Positions 36,699-47,194 of a stretch of DNA of 64,000 bases are shown here, in pieces. A model generated the notes under the pieces. The model saw only the letters and a list, made by a program, of their open reading frames with translations. It was not told the origin of the DNA and did no database searches. This DNA comes from Patescibacteria group bacterium (GTDB taxonomy: Bacteria; Patescibacteriota; Patescibacteriia; JACRDY01), in the NCBI GenBank assembly GCA_041650515.1, contig JBAZLA010000002.1:39572-103571 (forward strand), in the 5' to 3' direction. Positions within the stretch are counted from its first letter, which is position 1; each line of letters opens with the position of its first letter. Position numbers and translations under genes: made by a program.

Positions 36699-37317
36699 AG
36701 ACATTGTTCAAATTTTTAAAGATATCAATTCAATCATCACTAATAGTCATATTGTTTACACTTCCGGTAAACACGGCAGCTTTTATATTAACAAAGATGG
36801 CCTATATCCCTACCCTAAAAGGGTCTCCGAGGTCTGTAAAATGTTTGCAGAAAAATATCAAAATGAGGATATCGACGTAGTAATCGGTCCGGCACTCGGT
36901 GGAATAATTCTTTCTACCTGGACCGCTTATCATCTATCGGAATTAGAAAATAAAGAAATATTAGGAATCTTTACTGAAAAAGATGAAAACAATAATCAAA
37001 TATTTAAAAGAGGTTATGACAAGATCGTTCAAGGAAAAAATGTCTTAGTATTAGAAGATGTCACTAACACTGGTGGCTCCGTAAAAAGAGTAGTTGATGC
37101 CGTTAAACAAGCCGGTGGAAATGTAGTAGCAGCTTGTGTAATGGTTAACCGTCAACCAAAAATCGTAAACTCAGAATTTGTCGGCGCACCATTTTCCTCT
37201 CTCGGGGTAATAGAAGCTGAGGTTTTTGAAGAGGTTGATTGCCCTCTGTGCAAAAAAAACATACCAATTAATACTGACGTCGGCCACGGTAAAAAATATT
37301 TAGCTAACAAAAAATAA
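36691..37317 (+). CDS. pyrE: Orotate phosphoribosyltransferase
   Basis: PRPP-binding [13 protein letters not shown]. Confidence 0.8.
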
Positions 37318-37318
37318 T

Positions 37319-38086
37319 ATGAAATACTCAGACCGCGCCAAACTTTGCACCAACCCCACCGCTATCAAACTTTTAAATTTGATGGAGCAAAAGCAAACTA
37401 ACCTCGCTATTGCCGCTGACATTACCACTAGCGCTGAACTGCTTAAAATCGCTGACGAGTTGGGGCCAGAGATTTGTATTTTAAAAACCCACATCGATAT
37501 TATTACCGATTTTACGCCCGAATTACCAACTAAGCTCCAAACCTTAGCCCAAAAACATAATTTCTTATTTTTTGAAGATCGCAAATTTGCTGACATCGGC
37601 AATACGGTTAAATATCAATATCAAGATGGTATCTATCATATTGCTGCTTGGGCTGACATCGTTAACGCCCACACCGTACCCGGACCTGGCATTATTGCCG
37701 GCCTTAAAGAAATTGGCTTACCATTAGGTCGCGGCCTGCTGCTTCTGGCTGAAATGAGCTCAGCCGGCACTTTAGCTAAAGACAATTATACTGAAGAAAC
37801 TTTAAAGATGGCTCAAGAAAACTCTGACTTTGTTATTGGCTTTATTACCATGCGCCAACTGCTTGATGATCCTAAATTTATTAATCTGACTCCTGGCGTC
37901 CAGCTGCAAGCCGGCACCGACAAACTAGGCCAACAATATAACACGCCAGAAAAAGTAATCTTGGAACAAAAAAATGATATAATAATCGTCGGCCGTGGAA
38001 TTTATCAAGCCGCCGATCCCCTGGCCGAAGCCAAGAAGTATCGTGTCGCTGGCTGGCAAGCTTATCTAAAAAGATTAAAAAATTAA
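37319..38086 (+). CDS. pyrF: Orotidine-5'-phosphate decarboxylase
   Basis: LAIAADI...[10 protein letters not shown] (K..H..D catalytic region). Position within the pyr operon. Confidence 0.8.
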   Translation: MKYSDRAKLCTNPTAIKLLNLMEQKQTNLAIAADITTSAELLKIADELGPEICILKTHIDIITDFTPELPTKLQTLAQKHNFLFFEDRKFADIGNTVKYQYQDGIYHIAAWADIVNAHTVPGPGIIAGLKEIGLPLGRGLLLLAEMSSAGTLAKDNYTEETLKMAQENSDFVIGFITMRQLLDDPKFINLTPGVQLQAGTDKLGQQYNTPEKVILEQKNDIIIVGRGIYQAADPLAEAKKYRVAGWQAYLKRLKN

Positions 38087-38102
38087 TTTTGAATCGCTAT
38101 TT

Positions 38103-39113
38103 ATGCCTTTTAAATTCATCTTCAAGGATCTATTCTTAGAGGAGGTTAAAAAAACCGGCTACGGACTGGTTAACTGTCACGCCCATCTAGACCGTGCCTA
38201 CACGGTCACCCCGGAAATCTGGCAGCAAGCATCAGCCCTAATGGAAGAAAAGTGGGTCTTGAATCGAGAAATTAAAAAAAGGCACACACCGGAGTCAATT
38301 CAAGAGCGACTAACCTTTTGCGTGGAAGATTTCATCCGCCAAGGTGCCACCGCCTGCCGGACATTTGTTGATGCCGATAGTATTGTCAACATGCTCGTAG
38401 TGGAAAATGCCGCTAAAGTACGAGAAAAATATAAAGGCAAATTTACCTTGCAACTTGCCCCCCAGCCCCTGGAAGGTTTTTTGAATGAAGATAAAACTGA
38501 TTTTGATAAAACCAAAACCGATCTTTTTGAAGCCGCCTGTGATATCTGTGATGTTGTTGGCGGTTTACCCTCCCGCGATCGCGCTCTACCCGGCGGCGAT
38601 AAAAAACACGCTGACTTCATCCTCTCGGTCGCCAAAAACTTAGACAAAAACATTGACATTCATATCGACCAAGAAAATAATCCTGATGAAAAAGATACTG
38701 AATGGCTATTGGACAAAATAATCAGATTCAAAATGCAAGGCCGAGTAAATCTCCTGCACGCTCTCTCAGTCGCCTGCCAGCCAACTGCTGATCGTCAACG
38801 TATCTACAAAAAAATGATTGAAGCCGGCGTCAGTGTTGTTGTCTGCCCGAAAGCGGTAATTAGTATGAAACAACATCGGGATAAATTAGCACCAGTTCAC
38901 AATTCAATCGCTCAAGTCGATGAACTTATCGCCGCTGGTGTTAATGTCTGTCTTGGCACTGATAATATCTCTGACATTATTGTGCCCGAAGATAACGGCG
39001 ACTTATATGAAGAAATTTCGATGCTGGCTTCTGCCTGTCGATTCTACGATCTGCAAAAATTAGCTCAAATTGCTACTGTTAACGGTTATAAAGCCTTAAA
39101 ATTATCTAGATAA
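38103..39113 (+). CDS. Amidohydrolase-superfamily protein, cytosine-deaminase (CodA)-like
   Basis: HAHLD N-terminal metal motif, DIHIDQ and CLGTDN motifs. 336 aa. Confidence 0.55.
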   Translation: MPFKFIFKDLFLEEVKKTGYGLVNCHAHLDRAYTVTPEIWQQASALMEEKWVLNREIKKRHTPESIQERLTFCVEDFIRQGATACRTFVDADSIVNMLVVENAAKVREKYKGKFTLQLAPQPLEGFLNEDKTDFDKTKTDLFEAACDICDVVGGLPSRDRALPGGDKKHADFILSVAKNLDKNIDIHIDQENNPDEKDTEWLLDKIIRFKMQGRVNLLHALSVACQPTADRQRIYKKMIEAGVSVVVCPKAVISMKQHRDKLAPVHNSIAQVDELIAAGVNVCLGTDNISDIIVPEDNGDLYEEISMLASACRFYDLQKLAQIATVNGYKALKLSR

Positions 39114-39117
39114 ATTT

Positions 39118-40476
39118 ATGACTAAAAAAGATCTTAAACCGATCAAACGCAAACTCTGGTACAAAAATAAAACTATTACTCTTAATCCCCTAGTAGAACA
39201 ATATAATGCCGGCGAAGATATTTTATATGATCAAGAGTTGGTTCCCTATGATGTCCAAGGATCACTTGGCTATGGCCAGATGCTACTGCGCCACGGCATT
39301 TTAACTCAGGCGGAATTTAAAAAATTAGAAAAAGGCCTAAAAGAAATCCTTAAACTTCACGCCGCCGGACAATTCGTTTTGACTCTCGAAGATGAAGATT
39401 CGTCAACAAAAATTGAAAATTATTTAACTCAAAAATACGGGGATATCGGCAAAAAGATCCACACCGCTCGCTCGCGCAATGACCAAATTCTGGTTACTAT
39501 GCGTTTATTTATGAAAGAAAAACTAAACGAACTAAAAACTCTAGCGCTAAAATTAGCTACCGATCTTCTCTCCGCCGCCAAAAAATATGAATTTGTTCCT
39601 TTACCAGGCTATACTCATATGCAAAAAGCCATGCCCACTACCTTAGGCACTTGGTATGGTTCTTTTGTTGAAAGTCTACTTGATGACATTCGGATGTTAG
39701 ATGCAATTAATAATATTCTGGTTGATCAGAACCCCTTAGGCAGCGGCGCTGGCTATGGCTCACCCTTTTCTTTCGATCGCGATAAACTATCCGCCGACCT
39801 TGGACTAGCTCGGACCCAAAATAATGTTATCTACTGCCAAAATTCACGTGGCAAAATTGAGGGCATGGTTCTCGAAGTCTGCAGCCAACTAATGCTAACT
39901 TTAAATAAATTAGCCTCCGACTTACTATTTTATACCACCCAGGAAGTTCGTTTTTTTACCGTACCCGATCAAATCTCAACTGGTTCATCAATTATGCCTC
40001 AGAAAAAAAATCTGGATGTGGCCGAATTAATCCGCGCCCGCACTTCAACAATTATCGCCTGCCGCAATGAAATCACCATGAATATTTTAAATAAAATTTC
40101 TGGCTACCACCGCGACGGCCAAGAAATCAAACGACCACTCTTTTTGGGCCTACGCTACACTCAAATGTCGCTTAATGTAATGTCGATTATTATCAAAAAT
40201 CTTAAACCCAATGAGAAAGAAATGCTCGCCGATATGACCCCTGAGCTTTTTGCTGCACATAAAGCTTTTGCTATGGTTAAACAAGGTATGTCTTTTCGCG
40301 ACGCTTATATCAAAATTGGCGCTAATCTAAGCAAAATTAAGATTACTAAAAAAGAAATAACCAAAATGCTTAAAGAATCCAAACACCAAGGCGGTGCTGG
40401 CAATCTGCAATTAAACAAACTAAAAAATGAAATTAAAAAACTTGCCTCGAGTAAAATCGAGAAACTAAAAAAATAA
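39118..40476 (+). CDS. argH: Argininosuccinate lyase
   Basis: Fumarate-lyase signature GSSIMPQKKN. 452 aa. Confidence 0.9.
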   Translation: MTKKDLKPIKRKLWYKNKTITLNPLVEQYNAGEDILYDQELVPYDVQGSLGYGQMLLRHGILTQAEFKKLEKGLKEILKLHAAGQFVLTLEDEDSSTKIENYLTQKYGDIGKKIHTARSRNDQILVTMRLFMKEKLNELKTLALKLATDLLSAAKKYEFVPLPGYTHMQKAMPTTLGTWYGSFVESLLDDIRMLDAINNILVDQNPLGSGAGYGSPFSFDRDKLSADLGLARTQNNVIYCQNSRGKIEGMVLEVCSQLMLTLNKLASDLLFYTTQEVRFFTVPDQISTGSSIMPQKKNLDVAELIRARTSTIIACRNEITMNILNKISGYHRDGQEIKRPLFLGLRYTQMSLNVMSIIIKNLKPNEKEMLADMTPELFAAHKAFAMVKQGMSFRDAYIKIGANLSKIKITKKEITKMLKESKHQGGAGNLQLNKLKNEIKKLASSKIEKLKK

Positions 40477-40477
40477 T

Positions 40478-41413
40478 ATGCAACACCTTCTTCATCTTAA
40501 AGATTGGACAACTGACGAAATCAAATCGACTCTCGATCTAGCAACAAAAATTAAAGCCAAGCCAACAAAATATTTTGATACACTCAAAAATAAAACTCTA
40601 ATCATGCTGTTTCAAAAAACTTCGACTCGCACTCGTCTAAGCTTTGAAGCAGCCATGACCGAGCTCGGCGGCCACGGCATTTTTTTGGACAGCCGAACTA
40701 CTCAGCTATCTTTATCCGACTTTAGAGATGAAATCAAAGCCATCATGCGCTTAGGCAACGGTTTGATGTTCCGAGCTAAAAAATTCACCGACGTCCAGCT
40801 CGCCGCAAGCCAGAACCAAGTTCCAGTAATCGATGCTTGCTCAGAAAAATATCACCCCTGCCAATCACTAGCCGACGTTTTGACTATGATTGAGCATAGC
40901 GGCGGTTTAGATAAGATTAAAAAAGTCGCCTGGCTCGGCATCGAAAATAATGTCAGTAATACACTTAAATTAATTTGCGCTAAACTGGGTATTAAAATAA
41001 CCATTATTGCGCCAGAAAAAGACCCCGACAGTCTTGACGAAGAATTAGACAAAATAGCCGACGCTACTGGCTTAGTCACTTATACTACCAACCTCGAGGC
41101 GGGCCTTAAAGACGCTGACTATGTTCATACTGACACCTGGATTAATATGGAATTTTTTGAAAACGGCCAAATTAAACCCGATTTTCAAGCTGAATATGAC
41201 CGCCGTTTAGCTACTTTTAAACCCTATCAACTAAATGCCGATTTGATTAATAAATATTGCCCAAAGGCCAAAATAATGCACTGCATGCCCTGCCATGTTG
41301 ACTATGAGATCTCCCGCGATGCCATTGACCATCCTAATGCTGTCATTTTTGATCAAGCCGAAAACCGACTCCATGTTCAAAAGGCCGCTCTGGTCAAATT
41401 ACTTTCCCAATAA
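40478..41413 (+). CDS. argF: Ornithine carbamoyltransferase-like transcarbamylase
   Basis: KTSTRTRLSFE carbamoyl-phosphate motif and HCMPCH (an HCLP-like ornithine-binding motif). Confidence 0.75.
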   Translation: MQHLLHLKDWTTDEIKSTLDLATKIKAKPTKYFDTLKNKTLIMLFQKTSTRTRLSFEAAMTELGGHGIFLDSRTTQLSLSDFRDEIKAIMRLGNGLMFRAKKFTDVQLAASQNQVPVIDACSEKYHPCQSLADVLTMIEHSGGLDKIKKVAWLGIENNVSNTLKLICAKLGIKITIIAPEKDPDSLDEELDKIADATGLVTYTTNLEAGLKDADYVHTDTWINMEFFENGQIKPDFQAEYDRRLATFKPYQLNADLINKYCPKAKIMHCMPCHVDYEISRDAIDHPNAVIFDQAENRLHVQKAALVKLLSQ

Positions 41414-41420
41414 CAAATTA

Positions 41421-41445
41421 TACCTCGGACAACCGAGGTATTTTT
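41421..41445 (+). terminator. Rho-independent terminator (TACCTCGG-acaa-CCGAGGTA followed by T5)
   Basis: Perfect 8-bp stem with a tetraloop and a T-run. Confidence 0.75.
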
Positions 41446-41466
41446 ATAAGTCAGAGGAGGAGCACC

Positions 41467-41856
41467 ATGACAATGGAACGGGATTTATTGGCCCGTACTT
41501 TTGGCCTAGCCAACGGATGGCCGCCCGACGTTGCTGGAATAGTCAGCCGCGCTAGAACCATTTGGCAAATCGATGACCCCCACCGTCTGTCGACCGAGAT
41601 AATCAACCGAATCATTGTTGAACGGGACGGTAAAAAATTACTTCTTGACTATCTCGGCATTCTGCAGAAACTCCATAGGAGCGAAGGACCGACTGAGTCT
41701 GATTGGGAAAATTTAATTATCGTCTGGCACTGCTCAGTAGCTTTTTTGGCTAACAATCCAACAATGGATCAGTTTATGGCCAAATTCGGTTTTTGTGGTA
41801 ACCCAATGGATATCTATAATCGGTTATCGCACTATCACCTGTTTCGACCCGGTTAG
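41467..41856 (+). CDS. Hypothetical protein (129 aa) with a strong GGAGGAG ribosome-binding site
   Basis: The ORF has a near-consensus Shine-Dalgarno sequence, which is unusual locally. It is bracketed by terminators. Confidence 0.5.
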   Translation: MTMERDLLARTFGLANGWPPDVAGIVSRARTIWQIDDPHRLSTEIINRIIVERDGKKLLLDYLGILQKLHRSEGPTESDWENLIIVWHCSVAFLANNPTMDQFMAKFGFCGNPMDIYNRLSHYHLFRPG

Positions 41857-41866
41857 GCCAAACACC

Positions 41867-41899
41867 AAGCGGCTTCCTCATCCGAAGACCGCTTTTTTT
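41867..41899. terminator. Bulged hairpin plus T7 between the convergent genes 41467..41856 and miaA
   Basis: AAGCGGCTTC...GAAGACCGCTT followed by TTTTTTT. Confidence 0.5.
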
Positions 41900-42818
41900 A
41901 TTTCAAAAAATTAGCCACTGCTTTTTCTATTTTTTTATAATTATTATTCCAAACAATCTCCTGGTCCCGCTTGAACCAAGTTAGCTGTCGTTTAGCAAAA
42001 TTTTTACTGTCTTGGGCTAAACCAACAACCATTTCATTATAGCTAATTTGGCCCTGCAGATAATTAGCTAACCAGCGATATTCAAGGCCAAACTCGGCCA
42101 TCTTTTTCCAACCTAAGCCCTGCTGATGCAGCCGTTTAGCTTCAGCTACCATCCCCTCTTTTTCTAATCGTTCTTTTAGTCTTTTCTCGATCCGGGTAGC
42201 TAAAATCTCTTTGGGATAATTAAGCCCAATTTTAAAAAACTGATAAGGTGGCGGCTGTTTAGTAACTACCGCCGACTTTGGCTGACCGGTTTCGTAATAA
42301 ATCTCCAGCGCCCGCTGCACCCGCCGCCGATTTTGGCGATCGATAACTTTATAAGTCACCGAATCAACCTTCTTCAACCGCGTTAATAATTGTTTTAAAG
42401 TCAACTTATTTAAACTCCTTCTTGCTTTTTTGTTTTCTTGCTTTCTTACTTTTTTGAATATAAACCCTTCCACCACCGCATTAATATACAGCCCTGTTCC
42501 CCCCACAATAATTGGCACTTTCCCCCGCTTCAAGATATCCTCAATTGCTCGGTAAGCTAATTTTTGGTATTTAGCCACATTAAACTCTGTTGTCGGCTCC
42601 ACCACGTCAATCAGATGATATCTAATCTTTAACCCTTGGCCTTTAACCCTATATTCTCGCAAATCTTTGCCTGTCCCCACATCCATACCAATATAAACCT
42701 GGCGCGAATCAGCCGAGATTATTTCGCCATTAAACTTTTTGGCTAACCTAACTCCTACTCTGGTTTTACCCGTAGCTGTCGGCCCCAAAATTATAATTAT
42801 CTTTGGCTCTTTATCCAT
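41898..42818 (-). CDS. miaA: tRNA dimethylallyltransferase
   Basis: IIIILGPTATGKT P-loop and an IPT-family fold. Confidence 0.9.
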   Translation of the reverse strand: MDKEPKIIIILGPTATGKTRVGVRLAKKFNGEIISADSRQVYIGMDVGTGKDLREYRVKGQGLKIRYHLIDVVEPTTEFNVAKYQKLAYRAIEDILKRGKVPIIVGGTGLYINAVVEGFIFKKVRKQENKKARRSLNKLTLKQLLTRLKKVDSVTYKVIDRQNRRRVQRALEIYYETGQPKSAVVTKQPPPYQFFKIGLNYPKEILATRIEKRLKERLEKEGMVAEAKRLHQQGLGWKKMAEFGLEYRWLANYLQGQISYNEMVVGLAQDSKNFAKRQLTWFKRDQEIVWNNNYKKIEKAVANFLK

Positions 42819-42968
42819 ACTATTTCAGCTTTTTAGCGTCACCACGATAGCTACGATTGACTTTAATCTTCAAAACTTGCGCCGCTAGTGTGCCACTACT
42901 TTTACTTACTTTTCTCTTTTTCTTTTTTTCCCGCTTCTCCGCTTTTAATTTATTCACTAACATACTTA

Positions 42969-44312
42969 CTACTTTTTACTTGCTACTTTTAGTATTTCCC
43001 CTCTCAGAATCCACATCAATGGTTTATTAATTTTAACCCTAACAATCCGGCCAACCAGCTTTTTATCACCCTTAAACTCCACCCGTTTCATTTCTTGACT
43101 ATTGCCACCACACTGACCGTCCTTAAAACTATCAACCAAAACCGAAACTACTCGGCCATAATATTGCTGATTTTTTTTCAAAACTATTTGCTCCATTAAT
43201 TTTTGTAAAACCAGCCAACGACGTTTTTTTTCCACTAAAGACACATCATCCTTAAATTTAGCGGCCACTGTTCCGACTCGCGGCGAAAATTTGGCTAAAT
43301 AAGCAATATCAAAATTTACTGTTTTGTACAATTTAACCGTATCTAAAAATTGCTTTTTAGTCTCGCCGGGGAAACCAACTATAATGTCTGTCCCGAGGGC
43401 AATATTAGGCTTTTTAGCTTTAATCTTTTCAATCAATTTTAAATAATCTTTAGCCGTATAATGACGATTCATCAAACGAAGCACTTCATCATCACCGGCT
43501 TGTACTGGCAAATGGAGGTAGTTAACCATTTTGGGTAAAGTCAAAGCGTCAATCACCTCGTCGCTCATATCTTTAGGATGCGCCGCCGTAAAAAAAATTC
43601 GTTCCAGTCCTTTAACTTGATTCAATTCCCACAGCAGCGCCGCGAAAGGATGACGGTAGGGATTATTTTTAGAAAAACTCGCTCTATCTTTGGGTCTATA
43701 ACTATTAACATTTTGTCCCAATAGGGTTACTTCCAAACAGCCTGCTCTAACCGCTTTTTTAATTTCGCTAATAACATCTTTGACTAGCCGACTAGTTTCC
43801 CGGCCCCTAGTGTAAGGCACGGCGCAATAAGAACAAAAATTATTACAACCAGTCATAATCGGCACAAGAATCTGCGCTCTGGTTTGATATTTAGGAATAA
43901 TTTTAAAATAGTCGCTAGCCGCTTTTGTTTTCTTATTTTCTTGCCCTCCGACTCCGCTCAGGATAGGCTTTCTTGTTTTTTTAATCTTTTCTCCCCACCT
44001 ACTCAGCTCCTCTATACCTAATACCAAATCAAATTTTTGAGCAAACGATTTTATATCTTGTGGTAAAACACAACCGGTCAGAATTGTTATAATTTCTGGC
44101 TTCTCATCTTTAAGCTTATTCCAAAGACGAATTTTACCCCAAATTCGGTCAATCGCCGCTTGGCGTACCGAGCAGGCGTTAACTAATAAAATATCCGCCG
44201 CTGTTTCTTCGCTCGTCACTTGATAACCAAGACGACTAAAAAAAGCCTCGATTCGCTCCGAGTCTGATTTATTCATTTGACAACCAAGAGTAAGAATATA
44301 AACCTTGGACAT
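42969..44312 (-). CDS. miaB: tRNA methylthiotransferase (radical-SAM MTTase, MiaB-like)
   Basis: N-terminal MTTase Cys triad, radical-SAM motif CNNFCSYC, and a C-terminal TRAM domain. It lies upstream of miaA. Confidence 0.8.
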   Translation of the reverse strand: MSKVYILTLGCQMNKSDSERIEAFFSRLGYQVTSEETAADILLVNACSVRQAAIDRIWGKIRLWNKLKDEKPEIITILTGCVLPQDIKSFAQKFDLVLGIEELSRWGEKIKKTRKPILSGVGGQENKKTKAASDYFKIIPKYQTRAQILVPIMTGCNNFCSYCAVPYTRGRETSRLVKDVISEIKKAVRAGCLEVTLLGQNVNSYRPKDRASFSKNNPYRHPFAALLWELNQVKGLERIFFTAAHPKDMSDEVIDALTLPKMVNYLHLPVQAGDDEVLRLMNRHYTAKDYLKLIEKIKAKKPNIALGTDIIVGFPGETKKQFLDTVKLYKTVNFDIAYLAKFSPRVGTVAAKFKDDVSLVEKKRRWLVLQKLMEQIVLKKNQQYYGRVVSVLVDSFKDGQCGGNSQEMKRVEFKGDKKLVGRIVRVKINKPLMWILRGEILKVASKK

Positions 44313-44314
44313 AA

Positions 44315-45331
44315 CTAATAATCAACCGACTCCGACTCGGGATTAATAACGGGTTGAATTTGTTGATTACTATTTGACGATTGATCAAAAAGCCTCATCG
44401 TCTCTTCTATCGCCTGATCAACAGTCTTTTTTTCTACTGTAATGTTATTTTTTTTCGTTTGTAAGATAAAATTAGAAATATTTTCTGCTTGGTTGGCCGT
44501 TGCCTGCACCTCACTACGAATTGGTTCTGAAGGATTAAGGCTATTAAATTCTAAGAGTAAATTATCACGGGTTATCTTGTCTAGATCAACCAAACGACGA
44601 CGCAATGTCCCTACCGTCCTCTGCCGAGTGTTACTGACCACTCCTTGCGCTGCTGCTGGTAATTCAGTTCTTAACTGATCTAAAAAATCTAAACTAAATA
44701 TTAGCTGCGCCGTTTGAACATAATCTATGGCCGAATTTAAAGTAGCCTCTATTTTTTCCTGATCCTCCAAAAAAGATAACTCACTAGCTAGATCGCCTAA
44801 AGAGCTCCTAACCGTCTCGCGTACCTTGTCTTTAATCTCTTGTTTAAGCTCTGATCTATTTTCCAGTTTTTTAAGTAAATATTGGCGCCGAATCTCCCAA
44901 GCGGCATTTTGCTCAATCAACTTTTGGATTTTTTCATTACTTTTTAGTTCCTCCGCTTTAGTTTTAAATTTAGCCGATTGTTCTTGATATTTGTCTAGCA
45001 TCTGGCTCACTTTTTCTTGGGTCTTTTGGTCAACTGGCTGATTAAACAGAGTATCAATCTCTAATAATATCTCATTGGCTTGTTTAAGACGCAATTCTTC
45101 TTTTTTTTCTTGATTGAAAGTCAAGCCTAATTTAATCCCGCGCCACCAGTCTTTAATAAAATACAAGGGATTACTAGGCAAAAATCCCGGCTTACTGACC
45201 CCTAGATTTAATTCTTGAGCCATCGTGTCCTGATCGTCAGTCGTTTGCTCTTCTGCTTGAACGTTTGATAACGGCAATAATAAAATCAAAACCAAAATGG
45301 ACAACAAAAACAAAAACTTTGTTTTGGCCAT
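44315..45331 (-). CDS. Secreted coiled-coil protein, hypothetical
   Basis: Signal peptide (LLLPLSNVQA/EE) followed by a Gln/Glu-rich helical body. Confidence 0.5.
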   Translation of the reverse strand: MAKTKFLFLLSILVLILLLPLSNVQAEEQTTDDQDTMAQELNLGVSKPGFLPSNPLYFIKDWWRGIKLGLTFNQEKKEELRLKQANEILLEIDTLFNQPVDQKTQEKVSQMLDKYQEQSAKFKTKAEELKSNEKIQKLIEQNAAWEIRRQYLLKKLENRSELKQEIKDKVRETVRSSLGDLASELSFLEDQEKIEATLNSAIDYVQTAQLIFSLDFLDQLRTELPAAAQGVVSNTRQRTVGTLRRRLVDLDKITRDNLLLEFNSLNPSEPIRSEVQATANQAENISNFILQTKKNNITVEKKTVDQAIEETMRLFDQSSNSNQQIQPVINPESESVDY

Positions 45332-45336
45332 ATGAT

Positions 45337-47115
45337 CTATTTTAATTCTTTAGTCCGCTCATTAATTTCTTTAAGCACTCGTTTAATAAATTCTGACTTC
45401 TCAAACTGCTGGACTTCTTTCTGCCCCCGGATCCGAACATTGAGTTTATCGCTACCCATTTCTTTATCGCCGATCACCAACATATAGGGCACCCTTTCCT
45501 TTTCTGCCTGACGAATTTTTTTACCGACTGTCTCATTAGCATCATCGGCGGCGGCGCGAATATTTAATAATCTCAACTCGGCAACCAACCTTTGGCAGTA
45601 CTCAATATGGGCCGAACCAACTGAAATTATTTTTACTTGCGCTGGCGATAGCCAGACTGGAAAAGCACCAGCATAATGCTCGATTAAAACACCAATAAAT
45701 CTCTCTAAAGAACCAAGCAGTGCGCGATGGATCATAAGCGGTCGTTTTTTCTTTCCTTGCTCATCTATATAGTTTATATCAAACTTACCTGGCAGATTAA
45801 AATCAAACTGAATGGTAGACAATTGCCATTCCCGACCGATAGCGTCACTAGCCTTAATATCAATTTTAGGACCATAGAAAACCGCTTCACCTTCTTCTAC
45901 TACATGCGGCCAACCAACAACTTTCAAAGCTTTAACTAAAGATTTTTCAGCCATTTGCCAATCTTGATCGCTACCTAGATATTTCTCCTTATTTTCAGGA
46001 TCCCGAACACTTAAAACTACCTTGAGATTATCAAAACCAAAAGTTTTGAGAATAAAATCGCTTAATTTTAATACTTTCACTACTTCGTCTTCTAGCTGTT
46101 CTGGGGTACAAATAATGTGAGCATCATCTTGAGTAAAACCACGAACTCGAGTCAAACCATGTAGGGTGCCAGAACGTTCATAGCGATAAACCGTTCCCAT
46201 CTCAGTATAACGAATCGGCAAATCACGGTAACTTCTCATCTCGTGCTGATAAATCCTTAAGTGCATTGGACAGTTCATCGGTTTTAAGTAATATAATTCA
46301 TCCTCAATCTTGATCGGTGAATACATACCGTCTTTATAGAAGTCTAAGTGGCCAGAAATGTTAAATAATTTTTCTGAACCAATATGCGGTGTTTTAACTA
46401 ATTGATAATCACGTCGTAGATATTCATTCAGAGCAAATTGTTCTATCTCCCGACATAAAATCGCCCCATTAGGTAACCACAGAGGTAATCCTTGTCCTAC
46501 TTGTTCATCCAGTATAAACAAACCTAGCTCTTGGCCCAATTTACGATGATCGCGCTTCTCTGCCTCTTCTTGCATTTTAAGATACTCTTCCAGCTCTTTT
46601 TTGGAATTAAAAGCTACGCCATAGACGCGAGTCAACATATCATTTTTTTCATCACCCCGCCAATAAGCGCCAGCAATTTTAGTTAATTTAAATCCCTCAG
46701 GATCAATCTCCTCAGTTGATTTGACGTGCGGCCCAGCACAAAGATTGTCAAACCAACCGGATTTATAAAAACTAACTTTTTTCTCCCCCGCTGCTTTTAG
46801 ATCATCAATGAAACCGGTTTTATAAGGATCATGTTTATAAAATTTGTAAGCGTCGATAAAATCAACATCGTGTTGTTTAAACTCAATACCTTCTTTGATC
46901 ATCTCTTTGATCCGTTTCTCAAGTTTAGGCAACATCTCAGGGGTGATCGCAACTCCTCTAGGCAAGCCATAATCTTGATAAAAACCATCCTCAATTGATG
47001 GCCCCACTCCCAAACCAACCTGAGGATAAATTTCCTGGACTGCCATGCTCATCAAGTGACAAACCGAATGACGCATTATTGACAATTGATCATCGTGTTT
47101 TTTTTGTTTAGACAT
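45337..47115 (-). CDS. thrS: Threonine--tRNA ligase
   Basis: 592 aa. Class II aaRS motifs, a TGS/second-additional domain, and an N-terminal editing-domain HxxxH. Confidence 0.9.
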   Translation of the reverse strand: MSKQKKHDDQLSIMRHSVCHLMSMAVQEIYPQVGLGVGPSIEDGFYQDYGLPRGVAITPEMLPKLEKRIKEMIKEGIEFKQHDVDFIDAYKFYKHDPYKTGFIDDLKAAGEKKVSFYKSGWFDNLCAGPHVKSTEEIDPEGFKLTKIAGAYWRGDEKNDMLTRVYGVAFNSKKELEEYLKMQEEAEKRDHRKLGQELGLFILDEQVGQGLPLWLPNGAILCREIEQFALNEYLRRDYQLVKTPHIGSEKLFNISGHLDFYKDGMYSPIKIEDELYYLKPMNCPMHLRIYQHEMRSYRDLPIRYTEMGTVYRYERSGTLHGLTRVRGFTQDDAHIICTPEQLEDEVVKVLKLSDFILKTFGFDNLKVVLSVRDPENKEKYLGSDQDWQMAEKSLVKALKVVGWPHVVEEGEAVFYGPKIDIKASDAIGREWQLSTIQFDFNLPGKFDINYIDEQGKKKRPLMIHRALLGSLERFIGVLIEHYAGAFPVWLSPAQVKIISVGSAHIEYCQRLVAELRLLNIRAAADDANETVGKKIRQAEKERVPYMLVIGDKEMGSDKLNVRIRGQKEVQQFEKSEFIKRVLKEINERTKELK

Positions 47116-47194
47116 AATTGTATAGTTATGAAGTTATAAAGTTATAAATCAAACTAACTTTATGACTTTCAGTTTTATAACTTTCAACTCATTC

